A stretch of DNA of 64,000 nucleotides from an uncultured Lachnospiraceae bacterium (GTDB lineage: Bacteria; Bacillota; Clostridia; Lachnospirales; Lachnospiraceae), in the NCBI GenBank assembly GCA_947588675.1, contig CANPYY010000011.1:1456-65455 (forward strand). Reading direction: 5' to 3'. A program made the position numbers and the translations under genes. Below are positions 1-9,276 of the stretch, one piece after another (within the stretch, counting starts at the first letter, position 1; each line of letters opens with the position of its first letter). A model generated the notes under the pieces. That model was not told where the DNA came from and searched no databases. It was given only the letters and a program-made list of their open reading frames with translations.

Positions 1-71
1 GATATATTCAAAATTTGGAGATATTGTTGGCAGATATGATAAATCATTGGACAGATAGGAGACGAGAGAAT

Positions 72-569
72 ATGAAATTAAATTATAAGAAAACAGTATA
101 TATTTTAACGGCGCAGGTATTATTGGCAGGAATATTAGTTAAAGCACCGGTAAAAGCGGGTAATCAGACTGACTGTAAAGTACTGGCTGCGGCTGCTTTG
201 AAGGCATCGGGCGGAAGCGATAAATTAAAATATAAATCTGAAAGCTCAATGGATTTTGGAGCAATTTCGTCATCTGACAGAGGTAAAGTACAGCAGATAA
301 TGTATATATGTGATGAAAAAGAGGTATATTCGCTGTGCGTAGCGCAGGCAAAAAATAATGCGGCAGCAAAGAAGCTTCTTCGAGTTTTAAAAGAATATAT
401 AAAGAATAATAATAATAGCGATTATTTAAGTGACTATTCTGCAGAGGAAAAAAATGTATTAAAAAATGCCATCTGTGGTAAAAAAGGGAAATATGTATGG
501 TATGTTGCCATGTCTCAGAATAAAAGCAATAATAAGAAAGGTCAGAAAGCGTTAAAGAAAAAACTGTAA
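72..569 (+). CDS. Exported hypothetical protein (DUF4358-like), first gene of an O-acyltransferase triad
   Basis: ORF 15-569. Preferred ATG 72 lies 10 nt after AGGAG (57-61). N-terminal hydrophobic signal/anchor (TVYILTAQVLLAGILV) and Lys-rich C-terminus. The family name is recalled from similar clostridial proteins next to MBOAT/DHHW genes and is not verified. Confidence 0.5.
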   Translation: MKLNYKKTVYILTAQVLLAGILVKAPVKAGNQTDCKVLAAAALKASGGSDKLKYKSESSMDFGAISSSDRGKVQQIMYICDEKEVYSLCVAQAKNNAAAKKLLRVLKEYIKNNNNSDYLSDYSAEEKNVLKNAICGKKGKYVWYVAMSQNKSNNKKGQKALKKKL

Positions 570-581
570 AGGGGTACACAT

Positions 582-1997
582 ATGGTTTTTAGCAGCATGA
601 TATTTATATTCAGATTTCTGCCAATAGTACTGGCAGCATATTATATATTGCCAAAGCGGTGCAGGAATCTGGTATTGTTCATATCAAGCCTGTTCTTTTA
701 TGCGTGGGGAGAACCTGTATATGTTGTTCTGATACTTGCATCTTCATTGATAGATTATATTGCTGGATGGATGGTTTCATATTGCAGGGAAAATAATTAT
801 AAAAGAAGGGCAGTACTTGCAGTTGTGTTTTCGGTAACAGTTAATCTGTCGCTTCTTTGTATATTTAAGTATGGTAGTTTTTTGCTTGACATCATTTGTA
901 CAGTAACAAAATTGCCAAGACCGCATTTTAATCCTGCTCTTCCTATAGGAATATCCTTCTATACGTTTCAGACAATGTCATATACTATAGATATATATAG
1001 GAAAGATGCAAAGGTTCAGAAGAATTTTATTACATACGGGGCGTATGTTTCATTGTTTCCGCAGCTTGTTGCAGGACCTATTATACGATTTAAGGATATA
1101 GCAGAGCAGCTTGATAAAAGAAAAGAAACGGCTGCTCTTTTTTGCCGTGGCGCAATACGTTTTGCAGTGGGACTGGGAAAAAAAGTATTAATAGCCAATC
1201 AGATTGGAGAGTTATGGAAAAATATTGCAGTAATCGATGCAGGTCATCTGACTACGGCCGCAGCATGGCTGGGAGTGCTTGCATTTACATTACAGATTTA
1301 TTTTGATTTCTCCGGTTATTCCGATATGGCTATAGGGCTTGGAATGATGTTCGGTTTTATATTTCCGGAAAATTTCAACTATCCATATGAATCGAAAAGC
1401 ATTACGGAATTTTGGAGAAGATGGCATATTTCGCTTGGCACATGGTTTAGGGAATATGTATATATACCATTGGGCGGTAATCGTAAAGGTGTTGCAAGAC
1501 AGATGGTAAATCTGCTTATTGTATGGATGCTTACGGGATTATGGCATGGCGCAGGAATTAATTTTATAATGTGGGGAATATATTATGGTATTCTGATTAT
1601 TCTCGAAAAATTATTGTGGAAACCGGTAATAACAAAGTTGCCTGTAATTATCAGGCATATATATACAATGCTGTTTGTTATGATAGGATGGAGCCTGTTT
1701 TCAATACAAGATGTGGCAAATGGAAAAGCCTATATAAAAGCAATGTTTATGCTGAACGCTGCCGGTACTATTGACGGACATACAATGTATCTTATTATGT
1801 CAAATCTTATAATTATAATAGTTGCGGTTATCAGTTCTGTTTCTTTTCCGAAAAGGTTCTTGAGAAAGTATGTTTTCCCGGAAAATACGTTGCGAAAAGA
1901 GCTTGCGGATATTGTATTTATGCTTGTTATGTTTTTTCTTTGTACGGCAATGCTTGTCAATTCATCGTATAATCCGTTTCTTTATTTTAGATTTTGA
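582..1997 (+). CDS. MBOAT-family membrane-bound O-acyltransferase (AlgI/DltB/PatA-like)
   Basis: 471-aa polytopic membrane protein. Conserved MBOAT block FWRRWHISLGTWFREYVYIPLGGNRKG followed by TGLWHG (catalytic His region). Confidence 0.88.
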   Translation: MVFSSMIFIFRFLPIVLAAYYILPKRCRNLVLFISSLFFYAWGEPVYVVLILASSLIDYIAGWMVSYCRENNYKRRAVLAVVFSVTVNLSLLCIFKYGSFLLDIICTVTKLPRPHFNPALPIGISFYTFQTMSYTIDIYRKDAKVQKNFITYGAYVSLFPQLVAGPIIRFKDIAEQLDKRKETAALFCRGAIRFAVGLGKKVLIANQIGELWKNIAVIDAGHLTTAAAWLGVLAFTLQIYFDFSGYSDMAIGLGMMFGFIFPENFNYPYESKSITEFWRRWHISLGTWFREYVYIPLGGNRKGVARQMVNLLIVWMLTGLWHGAGINFIMWGIYYGILIILEKLLWKPVITKLPVIIRHIYTMLFVMIGWSLFSIQDVANGKAYIKAMFMLNAAGTIDGHTMYLIMSNLIIIIVAVISSVSFPKRFLRKYVFPENTLRKELADIVFMLVMFFLCTAMLVNSSYNPFLYFRF

Positions 1998-2011
1998 CGA
2001 AGGAGGTATAT

Positions 2012-3238
2012 ATGCTGAGAAAAATCCGCTTGTTTACGATTATAGTATTTTGCGTAATATTATATGCAGATATATTAACTGTTGCAGTAAGACCTGTAAA
2101 AGAATATTCTGATATGGAAAACCGCAGGCTTGCCGCAAAGCCCGAATTTTCCCTAAAAAGATTTTTTAATGGAAAATATCAGAAAAAATACGAAAAATAT
2201 CTTGGAGACCAGTTTGCAGCGAGAGATAAGTGGGTAGATATTTCCGGCAGATTTCAGGTTTTATCAGGTAAAAAGGACGTTAACGGCGTATATATAGGAA
2301 AAGACGGGTATCTGATTGATGGAGCGGATGAAATAGATTACGATAAAGAACAGGCAGATGAAAACGTAACATATTTATCAACATTTTTGAATGATGCGTC
2401 AGATATGTATGGAAAAGAAAATGTAAGTTGCCTTATTATACCGCAGAAAATAGAGGTGCTTTCTGATAAGCTTCCTGAGTTCGCAGCGGTTCCTGAGTAT
2501 AATGGCATTATTAAAAAATTGAAAGATAAAATAAAATATAAAAATATTCTGATTGACAATCTTGCAGATGTTTTTTCTGACCATGCAGACGAGTATATAT
2601 ATTATCGTACAGATCATCATTGGACTACGCTTGGCGCTTATTATGCATATAAAAGATTAATGGAACAAACAAATTGGACGAAGCCGCACCGGTTGGACTA
2701 TTATAAACGGGAAAAGGTCTTTACGGATTTTTATGGAACGACTTATAACAAGGTACATATAAAAACCGAGCCGGATAGTATAGAGTTGTTTCACAGTCCA
2801 TATGATGAAAATGTATATGTAAATATGGATGATGGTGAAACAGAAAGTGACTCACTGTATTTTGCAGAGGAAGCAAAAAATAGCTTTAACAGATATAATG
2901 TATTCTTGTTAAAAAATACATTTAAAATCGAGATAGATACAGAGGCGGATACATGCAAAACGCTGCTTCTTCTTAAAGATTCCTTTGCCAACTGTCTTGT
3001 GCCCTTTTTAACAGAATATTATGATAAGATAATTATGATTGATTATAGGTATGGTAAAACACGTATAGGGGATATAATGAATGAATATCCGGATATCTCA
3101 AATGTACTTGTGGCATTTAATATTGAAAAATTTATTCAAAACACAGACCTTGCAGCCATTGCGGATACAAGCTCAGGAAGAAAAAGCGACACAATGGAGG
3201 AATTTGATGCAGACAGCTTTTTTGACAGCTTTCCCTGA
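2012..3238 (+). CDS. DHHW-family protein (AlgJ/AlgX-like SGNH-type acyl-transfer partner of MBOAT)
   Basis: ORF 1994-3238. ATG 2012 is preceded by AAGGAGG and lies 14 nt after the MBOAT stop. N-terminal TM anchor (LFTIIVFCVILYADILTV) and signature YYRTDHHWT. Confidence 0.78.
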   Translation: MLRKIRLFTIIVFCVILYADILTVAVRPVKEYSDMENRRLAAKPEFSLKRFFNGKYQKKYEKYLGDQFAARDKWVDISGRFQVLSGKKDVNGVYIGKDGYLIDGADEIDYDKEQADENVTYLSTFLNDASDMYGKENVSCLIIPQKIEVLSDKLPEFAAVPEYNGIIKKLKDKIKYKNILIDNLADVFSDHADEYIYYRTDHHWTTLGAYYAYKRLMEQTNWTKPHRLDYYKREKVFTDFYGTTYNKVHIKTEPDSIELFHSPYDENVYVNMDDGETESDSLYFAEEAKNSFNRYNVFLLKNTFKIEIDTEADTCKTLLLLKDSFANCLVPFLTEYYDKIIMIDYRYGKTRIGDIMNEYPDISNVLVAFNIEKFIQNTDLAAIADTSSGRKSDTMEEFDADSFFDSFP

Positions 3239-3260
3239 GCGGGACAAAAAGTATATTTTC

Positions 3261-5219
3261 TTACAGTTCTTCAGCCTCCTCCGAAAGCCTTTCCCATTCT
3301 TCCATAAGAGTATCAAGAGAGGAGCTTAGCAAAGAGCGTTTTTCGGTAAGTTCATTAAGCAGTACAGGGTCGTAGCCGTTATCGGGATTGGCAAGTTCAG
3401 AATCGATATCTTCAAGCATTTTTTCGGTTTCGGCAATATCGTTTTCGCATTTGGTAATAAGGGACATTATCCTTTTTGCATTTGCTTTCTGTTCCTTTTG
3501 TTTTTCCCAACTGTTTTTGGAAGATGTGTTTTCGGTTGTTAATGTATCAGTTTTTATGTTGTTTTTCAGTTGAACGGCGTTGTTGGCTGTGGATTTTTGG
3601 TATGTAAGTTCAACTGCGTCTTTTTTCTCAAGAAAGTAATCATAATTGCCTATGTATTTATTGATATGATGCCCTGTGAGATGAAGTATTCCGGTTGCCG
3701 TCCGGTTTATAAAGTATCTGTCGTGAGATACATATAAAACGGTTCCTGTATAGTTTAAAAGTGCATTTTCAAGTATTTCTTTGGATACAATGTCAAGGTG
3801 GTTGGTAGGCTCGTCCAGTATAAGAAAATTGGCGTCAGAAAGCATGAGTTTGGCAATTGCTACACGACCACGTTCGCCGCCGCTTATATCTTTTATAAGT
3901 TTAAATACGTCATCATTTGTGAAAAGAAATGCTGCAAGTATATTTCTTATTTCGGTATTTGTCATGTAAGGATATGCATCGCCTATTTCGTCAAATATTG
4001 TTTTTTCAGGCGACAGCATCTGATGCTCCTGGTCATAATATCCTATGCATACGTTTGCACCAAGCTTTATATAGCCGCTGTCAGCGGGCAGAAGCTCATT
4101 GATTATTTTAAGTATTGTTGTTTTTCCGGTTCCGTTATCGCCGATTATAGCTATACGTTCTCCTTTTTTTATATCAAAACTGATATCGGAAAAAAGGTCG
4201 TTTCCGTCAAATGATTTTGATATGCCGTCTACGCTTAGTACATCATTACCGCTTTCTATGGCGGGTTTAAATGTTATTTTCATTTCGGAATTGATTTCGT
4301 AAGGTTTTTCAATTCTGTCAATGCGCGCAAGCATCTTTTCACGGCTTTCCGCGCGTTTAATAGATTTTTCCCTGTTAAAGCTTTTTAATTTTTTAATAAC
4401 TTCCTCCTGACGGCTTATTTCCTGCTGTTGTTTATAATATGCTTTCAGCATACTTTCGCGAAGCAGTTTTTTCTTTTCGGAGTAAGCGGAATAATTGCCG
4501 TTAAATACAGTGCATTTACCGTTATCCAGCTCTATTGTTTTAGTAACGGTTTTATCTAAAAAATACCTGTCATGCGCTACTATAAGTACGGCCCCTTTAT
4601 AATTTGCAATATAATTTTCAAGCCATGCAATGGAGTTTAAGTCGAGGTGGTTAGTAGGTTCGTCAAGAATAATAAGGCTGGGTTCAGATAGAAGTATGCG
4701 GCCAAGGGCTACGCGTGTTTTTTCACCCCCGGACAGGTTGCTTATTTTCTGGTTAAAAAAATCTTCTGAGAAACCAAGTCCTTTTATAATGCCTGTAATT
4801 TCGCTTTCACAGGCATATCCTCCAATACGTTCATATTCAGTCATTGCCCTGTTATATTCAGAATACATTTTTTCCAGTCTTTCACCGGACGCGGAACGCA
4901 TGTTATCTTCAAGATGCCTTATTTTCTTTTCAAGCGTAAAGACATCTTTTTTTACGGATTTTATTTCTTCATATATTGTATTTTCAGAATCGAGTGACTG
5001 GTGCTGCTTGAGATATCCGAAAGATGTATTTTTGGAAAATACAATTTCACCGCTATCGGCGCTAAGTTCCCCGGTAATAATACGCAGCAGGGTGGTTTTT
5101 CCTACACCGTTAATGCCGACGATGGCGCATTTTTCGTTATCATTTATATGAAATGAAATGTCTGAAAGTATATTATTTTCACCAAATGCTTTATTTACAT
5201 GACTGCATGAAAGTATCAT
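3261..5219 (-). CDS. ABC-F family ATPase (translation-associated, soluble; Uup/YdiF-like)
   Basis: 652 aa with two ABC cassettes: Walker A GINGVGKT and GDNGTGKT, signatures LSGGEKTRV and ISGGERGRV. Charged inter-cassette linker, coiled-coil acidic C-terminal extension, no TM domain. Confidence 0.9.
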   Translation of the reverse strand: MILSCSHVNKAFGENNILSDISFHINDNEKCAIVGINGVGKTTLLRIITGELSADSGEIVFSKNTSFGYLKQHQSLDSENTIYEEIKSVKKDVFTLEKKIRHLEDNMRSASGERLEKMYSEYNRAMTEYERIGGYACESEITGIIKGLGFSEDFFNQKISNLSGGEKTRVALGRILLSEPSLIILDEPTNHLDLNSIAWLENYIANYKGAVLIVAHDRYFLDKTVTKTIELDNGKCTVFNGNYSAYSEKKKLLRESMLKAYYKQQQEISRQEEVIKKLKSFNREKSIKRAESREKMLARIDRIEKPYEINSEMKITFKPAIESGNDVLSVDGISKSFDGNDLFSDISFDIKKGERIAIIGDNGTGKTTILKIINELLPADSGYIKLGANVCIGYYDQEHQMLSPEKTIFDEIGDAYPYMTNTEIRNILAAFLFTNDDVFKLIKDISGGERGRVAIAKLMLSDANFLILDEPTNHLDIVSKEILENALLNYTGTVLYVSHDRYFINRTATGILHLTGHHINKYIGNYDYFLEKKDAVELTYQKSTANNAVQLKNNIKTDTLTTENTSSKNSWEKQKEQKANAKRIMSLITKCENDIAETEKMLEDIDSELANPDNGYDPVLLNELTEKRSLLSSSLDTLMEEWERLSEEAEEL

Positions 5220-5296
5220 AATAAATCCCCGTTTTTGTATAATCTGTTGATAATTTTACTATGAAATAAATGGCTTGTCCAGAGATATGTTAAAGA

Positions 5297-5325
5297 TTGA
5301 CATATACTTAACAATTTAATATAAT
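5297..5325 (+). promoter_or_regulatory. Sigma-A type promoter for rex-nnr-alr
   Basis: TTGACA (5297-5302), 17-nt spacer, TATAAT (5320-5325), 34 nt upstream of the rex ATG. A TTGTGAA Rex-like half site follows at 5333-5339. Confidence 0.6.
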
Positions 5326-5358
5326 CAAGTTGTTGTGAAAGTATGAGGAGAGGTTGCA

Positions 5359-5988
5359 ATGTCAGATAAAATTATTTCAAGAGCCGTCATAAAAAGACTT
5401 CCAAGATATTACAGATACCTTGGCGAGCTTATGGAAAATAATATAGAGCGGATTTCTTCTAAAGAGCTGAGCGAGCGTATGAAGGTTACGGCATCACAGA
5501 TACGTCAGGATTTTAATAATTTCGGAGGATTTGGACAGCAGGGTTATGGTTATAATGTTGAATATCTTTATACGGAAATCGGAAAGATACTTGGACTTAC
5601 CAAGACGCATAATGTAATTATAGTAGGAGCAGGTAATGTAGGGCGGGCGCTTGCCAATTATGCTGATTTCAGAAAAAGAGGTTTTTTGTTTACCGCATTA
5701 TTTGATATTGATGTTTCATTAAAAGGAACAAAGGTTGGTAACTGTACAGTTATGCATGTAGATGATATGGAAAGATATGTTAAAGATAATGATGTTGAAA
5801 TAGCTGCGCTTACACTACCTAAAAATAATGCGCCGGAAATAGCTGCAAAACTTGTATCGTGGGGAGTTACGGCAATATGGAACTTTGCCCCTGTAGACCT
5901 TAACCTTCCCGATGATGTACTTGTAGAAAATGTACATCTTGCAGAGAGCCTTATGCGGCTTTCGTACAGAATAAAAGAAAAGGACTGA
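5359..5988 (+). CDS. rex: Redox-sensing transcriptional repressor Rex
   Basis: 209 aa. N-terminal winged helix (IKRLPRYYRYL, SSKELS) and Rossmann fold IVGAGNVGRAL. Full-length similarity to Rex. Confidence 0.92.
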   Translation: MSDKIISRAVIKRLPRYYRYLGELMENNIERISSKELSERMKVTASQIRQDFNNFGGFGQQGYGYNVEYLYTEIGKILGLTKTHNVIIVGAGNVGRALANYADFRKRGFLFTALFDIDVSLKGTKVGNCTVMHVDDMERYVKDNDVEIAALTLPKNNAPEIAAKLVSWGVTAIWNFAPVDLNLPDDVLVENVHLAESLMRLSYRIKEKD

Positions 5989-5997
5989 TTACCTTAT

Positions 5998-7473
5998 ATG
6001 AAATATTTTGCTAATGCAAATGAAGCGAAACAGATAGACAGGTTATCTTCAGAGGATTATCATATATCTTCGGAAATATTGATGGAAAGGGCGGCATGTG
6101 CAGCCGCAGATTATATAAAAAGATATATTTCCAAAGACCAGAAAATACTTGCTGTGTCAGGAAACGGAAACAATGGAGGAGATGCGGCCGCGATAGCAAG
6201 GATACTTTATGAGGATGGTTATGATGTTGTATTGTATATGCCGTATTATGAAAAATTATCAGAACTTGCACGAAAACAGTATGATATTGCAATGGAAAGC
6301 GGCGTGGATTGTGTATTTGCATACAGGCTGAATTATTTTGATGTGGTCATAGACGGTTTATTTGGTATAGGACTTAACAGGAAAATTTCCGGGGTGGAAC
6401 GTATTCTTATAGAACAGATAAATGATTCGTCTGCAAAGGTATTTTCTGTTGATATACCGTCAGGAATAAATGCTTCTACCGGGGAAGTTATGGGAATTGC
6501 AATAAATGCGTATGCGACAATTACGTTTGGAGTTATGAAAGCAGGTCTGCTTCTTTCTCCGGGCAATATCCATGCAGGAAAAGTATATGTGGCGAAAGCA
6601 GGATTTCCGGGACTGGCTCTGAAAAGGGTATGTAATCGGAATTTTTATTATGGAAGGGAAGACTTATGTCTGCTTCCTAAAAGGTATGATGATGCAAATA
6701 AAGGGACATATGGAAAACTTCTTATAATTGCGGGTTCGTCAGGCATGTGCGGCGCGGCGCAGTTGTGTGCAAAAGCCGCATATCACAGCGGCTGCGGGCT
6801 TGTACGTATTTTGACGCATGAAGATAACCGCGCTATTTTGCAGAAAAATGTTCCGGAGGCAATTATATCATGTTATAATTCGGAAGAAGATATTCATGAA
6901 GAAGATATAGAAGCTTTGTTAAAGTGGGCGGGTGTTGTTGCAATAGGACCCGGACTCGGTACAGGCAAGGCTTCAGAAAAGCTTGTTGATATAGTGCTTA
7001 ATTATATTAAAGTTCCTATAGTAATAGATGCGGATGCAATAAATATTATGGCAGGACATGGTAATTATATGCAGATTGTACATAATGCCGTGTTTACACC
7101 GCATCTTAAAGAAATGTACGGATTATCAGGTGTGCCGATAGAAGTAATAAGGTCGGATATGGTTGGATTTGCAAAAGAAAATTCCTCGGAGGACGCCGTA
7201 CTTGTACTAAAAAATGCAAGAACGGTTGTAGCAGACGGAGAACAGGTATATGTCAATACTTCGGGAAATGAAGGTATGGCTACGGCAGGAAGCGGTGATG
7301 TGCTTACAGGTATAATAGCTTCATTTATTGCACAGGGGCTTGACAGGTATACGGCAGCCACCATAGGAGTATATGTACATGGAATAGCCGGAGATACGGC
7401 AGGAGAGTGTATTGGACATTATGCGCTTACGGCAACAGATATAATTGATTCACTTGGGGAGGTATTGTCATGA
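5998..7473 (+). CDS. nnr: Bifunctional NAD(P)H-hydrate repair enzyme Nnr (epimerase + ADP-dependent dehydratase)
   Basis: 491 aa. YjeF_N part (GNGNNGGDAAA) plus carbohydrate-kinase-like part (GPGLGTG, AGSGDVLTG). Starts 9 nt after the rex stop. Confidence 0.9.
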   Translation: MKYFANANEAKQIDRLSSEDYHISSEILMERAACAAADYIKRYISKDQKILAVSGNGNNGGDAAAIARILYEDGYDVVLYMPYYEKLSELARKQYDIAMESGVDCVFAYRLNYFDVVIDGLFGIGLNRKISGVERILIEQINDSSAKVFSVDIPSGINASTGEVMGIAINAYATITFGVMKAGLLLSPGNIHAGKVYVAKAGFPGLALKRVCNRNFYYGREDLCLLPKRYDDANKGTYGKLLIIAGSSGMCGAAQLCAKAAYHSGCGLVRILTHEDNRAILQKNVPEAIISCYNSEEDIHEEDIEALLKWAGVVAIGPGLGTGKASEKLVDIVLNYIKVPIVIDADAINIMAGHGNYMQIVHNAVFTPHLKEMYGLSGVPIEVIRSDMVGFAKENSSEDAVLVLKNARTVVADGEQVYVNTSGNEGMATAGSGDVLTGIIASFIAQGLDRYTAATIGVYVHGIAGDTAGECIGHYALTATDIIDSLGEVLS

Positions 7474-8594
7474 TAGAATATGACAGAGTCAGGGCTGTAA
7501 TTAATCTTAATAATATCCGTAATAATATTATTAACCTGAAAAATTGCGTGCCGCCGGAAACGAAGGTAATGCTTATAGTAAAGGCAGACGGTTACGGACA
7601 CGGAGCAGAAGAAATCATAAAATATGTTGATGACCTTTCGGATGCATATGGAGTCGCAATAATAGATGAAGCCGTTACGCTTAGGGAAAAAGGCATAGAT
7701 AAGATGATACTTGTATTGTCTTATACGCCTAAGGAATATCTTAAAGTAGCAGTAGAGTACGGAATATCCCAGGCTGTGACTGATTATGAAACGGCTCTGT
7801 ATATGTCCCGTGCAGCAGCAGAACTTGATATGGATGCAAGGATACATATTAAACTTGATACGGGAATGGGAAGGCTTGGATTTTCCTGTGACGAAGAAGG
7901 TCTGGAAGAAATTAAAAAAATTTCAAAACTCCCTAATATAGTTTTTGAAGGATGTTTTACCCATTTTTCAAAGGCAGATGAAAAAGATATAACTTATACC
8001 AAGAAACAATTTGAAAAATATATGGATTTTATAAGCAGGCTTGAAGCTGAAGGTATTACATTTAAGATAAAGCATGTATGCAACAGCGCCGCAACAATAC
8101 AGTATCCGGAGGCTGCGCTTGATATGGTAAGGCTTGGCATAGCGATATACGGACTATATCCTTCGGAAGATGTGGGAAAGGATATGATAGAGCTTGAGCC
8201 GGCAATGGAAATAATATCTCAGATAAGCTACGTAAAAAATGTTCCTGCAGGAAGACTTATAAGTTATGGCGGGACATATGAAACTAAAAGAGATAGTATT
8301 ATAGCTACCGTACCGGTAGGGTATGCGGATGGTTATCCGCGTGCATTATCGAATGTAGGAAGGGTTTTGATAAATGGGAAGTCTGTGCCGGTAACGGGAC
8401 GTATATGTATGGACCAGTTTATGATTGATGTTACGGATATACCGGATGTAAAAAAAGGCGACAAAGTTATTCTTTTGGGTAAAAGCGGAGAAGAAGTAAT
8501 AACTGCAGAAGAACTTTCAGAGCCGGCGGGTTCATTTAATTATGAGTTTGTATGCGGGGTAGGAAAAAGGGTCCCGAGAAAATATATTAAATAA
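7470..8594 (+). CDS. alr: Alanine racemase
   Basis: 374 aa. PLP-lysine motif VKADGYGHG and C-terminal beta-barrel motifs (VGYADGYPR, GRICMDQ). ATGA start/stop overlap with nnr. Confidence 0.93.
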   Translation: MIEYDRVRAVINLNNIRNNIINLKNCVPPETKVMLIVKADGYGHGAEEIIKYVDDLSDAYGVAIIDEAVTLREKGIDKMILVLSYTPKEYLKVAVEYGISQAVTDYETALYMSRAAAELDMDARIHIKLDTGMGRLGFSCDEEGLEEIKKISKLPNIVFEGCFTHFSKADEKDITYTKKQFEKYMDFISRLEAEGITFKIKHVCNSAATIQYPEAALDMVRLGIAIYGLYPSEDVGKDMIELEPAMEIISQISYVKNVPAGRLISYGGTYETKRDSIIATVPVGYADGYPRALSNVGRVLINGKSVPVTGRICMDQFMIDVTDIPDVKKGDKVILLGKSGEEVITAEELSEPAGSFNYEFVCGVGKRVPRKYIK

Positions 8595-8697
8595 TAAAAG
8601 AACTAATAAATGCCTATGTGAATAAAATACTATGTATAACATTTTATGTTTCGGAAATACTTTAACTAGTTATTTCCGGAAATGGAGTGATAGTACA

Positions 8698-9045
8698 ATG
8701 TTAATTCGCAGAGGAGATATATATTATGCAGATCTCAGACCGGTTGTAGGTTCTGAACAGGGAGGAATAAGACCGGTTCTTATAATCCAGAATGATATGG
8801 GAAATAAGCATAGTCCGACTATTATATGTGCTGCGATAACTTCAAAGCTTAATAAGGCAAAACTGCCGACACATGTTGAACTTAATGCAGAGAGATATGG
8901 TATTGTTAAAGATTCTGTTATATTACTGGAACAGGTACGTACTATAGATAAGTCGAGATTGAGAGAGAGAGTATGCCATCTTGACTCAGAAGTGTTGCGA
9001 AGGATTGATAAGGCATTAAAAATCAGCCTGTCTATAGATACATAG
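8698..9045 (+). CDS. mazF: MazF/PemK-family endoribonuclease toxin (EndoA/NdoA homologue)
   Basis: ORF 8632-9045. ATG 8698 lies 10 nt after GGAG. The 115-aa product aligns end to end with B. subtilis EndoA ([48 protein letters not shown]). Confidence 0.9.
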   Translation: MLIRRGDIYYADLRPVVGSEQGGIRPVLIIQNDMGNKHSPTIICAAITSKLNKAKLPTHVELNAERYGIVKDSVILLEQVRTIDKSRLRERVCHLDSEVLRRIDKALKISLSIDT

Positions 9046-9060
9046 GAAAAAGTCCGGTAA

Positions 9061-9099
9061 AAACAAATAAGACCCTTTCAGGTCTTATTTGTTTAGTAA
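9061..9099 (+). terminator. Rho-independent terminator after mazF
   Basis: 14-bp perfect stem AAACAAATAAGACC / GGTCTTATTTGTTT with loop CTTTCA. T-rich 3' arm. Confidence 0.7.
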
Positions 9100-9276
9100 T
9101 ACAATTACTATAGCATATAATAGGGTGGGAGTAGAAAGTGATTTTAATCACTATCTGTGTTTAGTATACAATACACTTGTGAACACAATATGAACGCACA
9201 AAAAATATATTGTAAATATAAGTTGTTTTTATACTATTTTTTTATTATTAAACTCTAAAAAAGGAAGAATAAAAAA

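Noticed and set aside
8632-8697. Upstream ATG 8632 giving MazF a 22-aa N-terminal extension
   Set aside because: It has no RBS, and the extension ([22 protein letters not shown]) has no counterpart in EndoA/MazF proteins. ATG 8698 has a GGAG at proper spacing and aligns with the EndoA N-terminus.
9177-9188. Perfect 12-nt palindrome TTGTGAACACAA upstream of rlmH, considered as a Rex operator
   Set aside because: Rex boxes are about 18-20 nt (TTGTGAA-N4-6-TTCACAA). This element lacks the spacer and the TTCACAA arm. rlmH is also not a plausible redox target. It may be chance in AT-rich DNA.
9190-9258. 22-codon ORF (MNAQKIYCKYKLFLYYFFIIKL) downstream of mazF, considered as an antitoxin or small toxin
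   Set aside because: It has no RBS and lies after the mazF terminator. It is hydrophobic and unlike RHH/AbrB antitoxins. It cannot be supported from sequence alone.
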